41,966 nucleotides of DNA from IMG/VR virus record IMGVR_UViG_3300045988_069551. One strand, given 5' to 3'. This document shows, in pieces, positions 40,238 through 41,966 of the stretch. The stretch comes from a virus. A program made the translations under genes and the position numbers. The stretch's first letter is position 1, and the number at the start of each line of letters is the position of its first letter. The notes beneath the pieces are model-generated. The model had not been told where the DNA came from and did no database searches. It worked only from the letters and a program-made list of their open reading frames with translations.

Positions 40238-40867
40238 TTATAATCCAAATGCCTTTTTAAGGGCATCATCGTTGGTTGTCTGCTGTCCTGATTGCCCGGT
40301 AGCCCCCACCTGCACAAAACCTGTCTGTCCTGCCGGTGTAGGTTTTAAGGCCGGGACATCCTCCAGTACCTTGTTTAAAGCCGTTTTTAATGCTTCATCA
40401 TTGATTTTCCCGTCCTGTCCCATAACCTGGCTTAGATCCGCCATTTTAAGGACATATGGGATAGTCTTTGCGTCAATCCCAAGACCAACCGCTGCTATAG
40501 TGGCCGCTGCCTGAATCTGCGCCTGCTGCGCAGCTGCCTGGGCCTGTGCTGCCTGAGCCTGCAATGCGTTTACATCCGGGGTATTAGCCGCCTGCTGTTG
40601 CTTAAATGTCGCAATTGCCTGATCCATCTGCTCCTTTGTAAGGCCCTGCTGTTTCAGGTAACCTTTTATCACGGACTCTTCTGTTGCCGCCTGCTTCCCC
40701 TGCACCAGCTGGGCGATCTTGTCATAGTCAATGACCGGAGCCTGTGTTTGTTGACCAGCTTGTTGTGCTGATGGTATCTGTGTCTGCTGCTGACCTCCTG
40801 CGGGTGGCTCTACACCTCCTACGGGCTCTGCAAAATGCTGTAGATCAAGTCTCATTAAATTTTTCAT
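40238..40867 (-). CDS. Scaffolding protein (DUF4355-like)
   Basis: N-terminus MKNLMRLDLQHFAEP (the LQxFAE signature) and a Gln/Ala-rich helical body (AQAAQAQAAAQQAQIQAAA). ATG at 40867 follows GGAGAAATGAGG; the ORF track extends to 40897. Confidence 0.8.
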   Translation of the reverse strand: MKNLMRLDLQHFAEPVGGVEPPAGGQQQTQIPSAQQAGQQTQAPVIDYDKIAQLVQGKQAATEESVIKGYLKQQGLTKEQMDQAIATFKQQQAANTPDVNALQAQAAQAQAAAQQAQIQAAATIAAVGLGIDAKTIPYVLKMADLSQVMGQDGKINDEALKTALNKVLEDVPALKPTPAGQTGFVQVGATGQSGQQTTNDDALKKAFGL

Positions 40868-40885
40868 CCTCATTTCTCCTTTTGA

Positions 40886-40980
40886 ACAGTTTTTCATGTG
40901 CTGTCTGCACGGACAGTTTTACGTGTGTCTCACTAGACAGTTGTTGCCCCGGTGTCTCCGCGTAGTTTTAGGTCTTCGGA
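40886..40980. repeat. Tandem degenerate ~25-bp repeats / serial small hairpins upstream of the scaffold gene
   Basis: Plus strand reads ACAGTTtttcatgtgcTGTCT gcacgg ACAGTTttacgtgTGTCT cactag ACAGTTgttgccccggTGTCT ccgcgt AGTTttagGTCTT. Adjacent TGTCT/ACAG (AGACA) elements form 5-bp hairpins. Confidence 0.6.
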
Positions 40981-40981
40981 C

Positions 40982-41011
40982 ACAAAAATAAGACGCTTCA
41001 CCCTGCGCCTC
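40982..41011 (-). terminator. Possible intrinsic terminator after the gp7-like gene
   Basis: Minus-strand RNA AGGCGC-AGGGUGAA-GCGUCU forms a 6-bp stem (one G-U pair) followed by UAUUUUUGU. The stem is short, so the call is weak. Confidence 0.35.
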
Positions 41012-41134
41012 AAAGGGAGATATCTGGATCACCGCCTCTCTATCTTCCCCTGCCTTTTTTACCACCTTTGCCTTTGCAAGCCAATGCCTCCATCCTCCTT
41101 TCTATTCTAAAGCTGTTTTCTCATTCGCAAGTAT

Positions 41135-41966
41135 TCATCTGTTTTTTTCTCTGTCGTAATCCCGGCGCAGTTCCGGGTGTCTGTCCAGATGCTCTTCCAG
41201 CTCATCTCGATACTGTTTGACTTTTTTCCGTGCTTGACTTATGTTCACAGGATCACAAGACCCTTCTTCTTTCCGTTTCCACTTTCGGATCTTCCGCTCG
41301 AATTCTCGTTGTTTCTGCTCTGCCCTGTATGTATCTAATGCCTTATCAGTATCCGGAACTTCTGGAAGCTGTGTGATCCCCGGGAAGTATGTTGAAATGG
41401 TATGCCTGCAATTAGGATGAAGCAGTCCCGCCCGCATTGCTTCTGACAGGGTCGGATATCCAAGGTTCTCAGCCTCTTTTCTAGTTCCCTTGCTAAATAC
41501 ATCGTCTATCAAAACCTTGCCCTGCCAGGGAGCGCACAATGGACATGTATTTGCATGGGCCGATACCACAACTGTATGTATGCCCCATTCATCCCTTTTT
41601 TTGCCTTCTCCTAACAGAACTGCCCTTTGTGACGCAGTCCTAAGTGCCATCTCTGCGTAGCTGGCTATATTGACACGGCGGCCGTTCTTGTACTCTATGC
41701 AGTCAATACCTGCGTCCAGAAACTCCTTCGTTGCCATATCGATAGCTTGATCAAGCGTCTTAACCCCTGCAGCCATGTTCATGCCTGCCCTGTAAACAGT
41801 CTGCCGGTATATGTCATCCATCCGCCTCCATACGGCCTTTTGGGCTTCTTTCAGGTCGTGTACCACTTTTTTCTTCATATCATCCAGTTTGATATCGTTG
41901 GAGCCCTCAGGGAGTGCTTTTTCCTTCCCATCAGGATGGAAAGTACCTCCAATTTCTTCCGGTTCC
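41135..41966 (-). CDS. Head morphogenesis / minor capsid protein (SPP1 gp7 / Mu F-like), C-terminal part of the junction-spanning gene
   Basis: ...CPLCAPWQGKVL...LLHPNCRHTISTYFPG is the Mu F/gp7 signature. The frame stays open upstream of the track ATG (41878) to 41966 and continues at nt 56-600. The whole gene is 458 codons. Confidence 0.85.
   Translation of the reverse strand, partial: EPEEIGGTFHPDGKEKALPEGSNDIKLDDMKKKVVHDLKEAQKAVWRRMDDIYRQTVYRAGMNMAAGVKTLDQAIDMATKEFLDAGIDCIEYKNGRRVNIASYAEMALRTASQRAVLLGEGKKRDEWGIHTVVVSAHANTCPLCAPWQGKVLIDDVFSKGTRKEAENLGYPTLSEAMRAGLLHPNCRHTISTYFPGITQLPEVPDTDKALDTYRAEQKQREFERKIRKWKRKEEGSCDPVNISQARKKVKQYRDELEEHLDRHPELRRDYDREKNR
41912..41966. repeat. Terminal overlap, copy 2 (identical to 1-55)
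   Basis: Exact 55-nt identity. Confidence 0.95.

Larger units (their letters stand above)
1..41966. mobile_element. Complete temperate siphovirus genome, circularly closed contig (unique length 41911 bp)
   Basis: All modules are present: packaging, head, tail, lysis, integrase plus attP-like region, cI/cro switch, replication. The first 55 nt recur at the end and one ORF reads through the junction. No host flanks. Confidence 0.9.

Noticed and set aside
41053-41103. A 17-codon basic ORF (MEALACKGKGGKKGRGR) after the gp7-like gene
   Set aside because: The GGAGG abuts the ATG with no spacer, and the ORF is tiny and low-complexity. It is more likely chance sequence within the structured intergenic region.

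Overview
The window is a complete, circularly closed genome of a temperate siphovirus. Nt 1-55 are repeated exactly at 41912-41966, so the unique length is 41911 bp, and one head gene reads through that junction. The endolysin has ChW-like wall-binding repeats and the SD sites are strong GGAGG, which points to a Gram-positive, probably Clostridia-type, host. About 37 kb is one leftward (minus-strand) transcription block starting at a cro-like gene (21911). In order it carries small early genes, a recombination/replication module with an iteron-type origin (12.6-20 kb), about 20 tiny accessory genes (7.9-12.3 kb), a compact C5 DNA methyltransferase and a late-activator-like gene. It continues with an AT-rich insert, terS/terL/portal, across the junction the gp7-like head protein, scaffold, capsid and neck genes, then major tail protein, G/T chaperones, tape measure, tail tip and fibres, holin and amidase endolysin. 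The only rightward block (22.1-25.8 kb) is the lysogeny module: cI-like repressor, four accessory genes and a tyrosine integrase, followed by a 0.5-kb ORF-free attP-like region. Two loci look most worth follow-up as possible uncharacterised prophage-encoded immunity systems. (1) A self-contained AT-rich cassette at 4020-6146, with its own promoter and a terminator on each side, encodes a dGTPase-family HD hydrolase translationally coupled to an unrecognised 195-aa protein. (2) An AT-rich, lysogeny-side cassette at 22770-24463 encodes a zinc-ribbon protein, a stand-alone S24/LexA-like domain lacking the catalytic serine, and a stand-alone PD-(D/E)xK (HsdR-N-type) nuclease. Other unexplained structure: a 15-nt stop/SD junction motif reused at least 10 times; a duplicated 53-codon gene 3.2 kb apart; a run of Cys-rich mini-proteins; paralogous small early proteins sharing a 5' leader; tail chaperone ORFs in a +1 (not -1) frame relationship; and tandem hairpin repeats inside the head operon. 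All functions are inferred from motifs read by eye. No database search was run.
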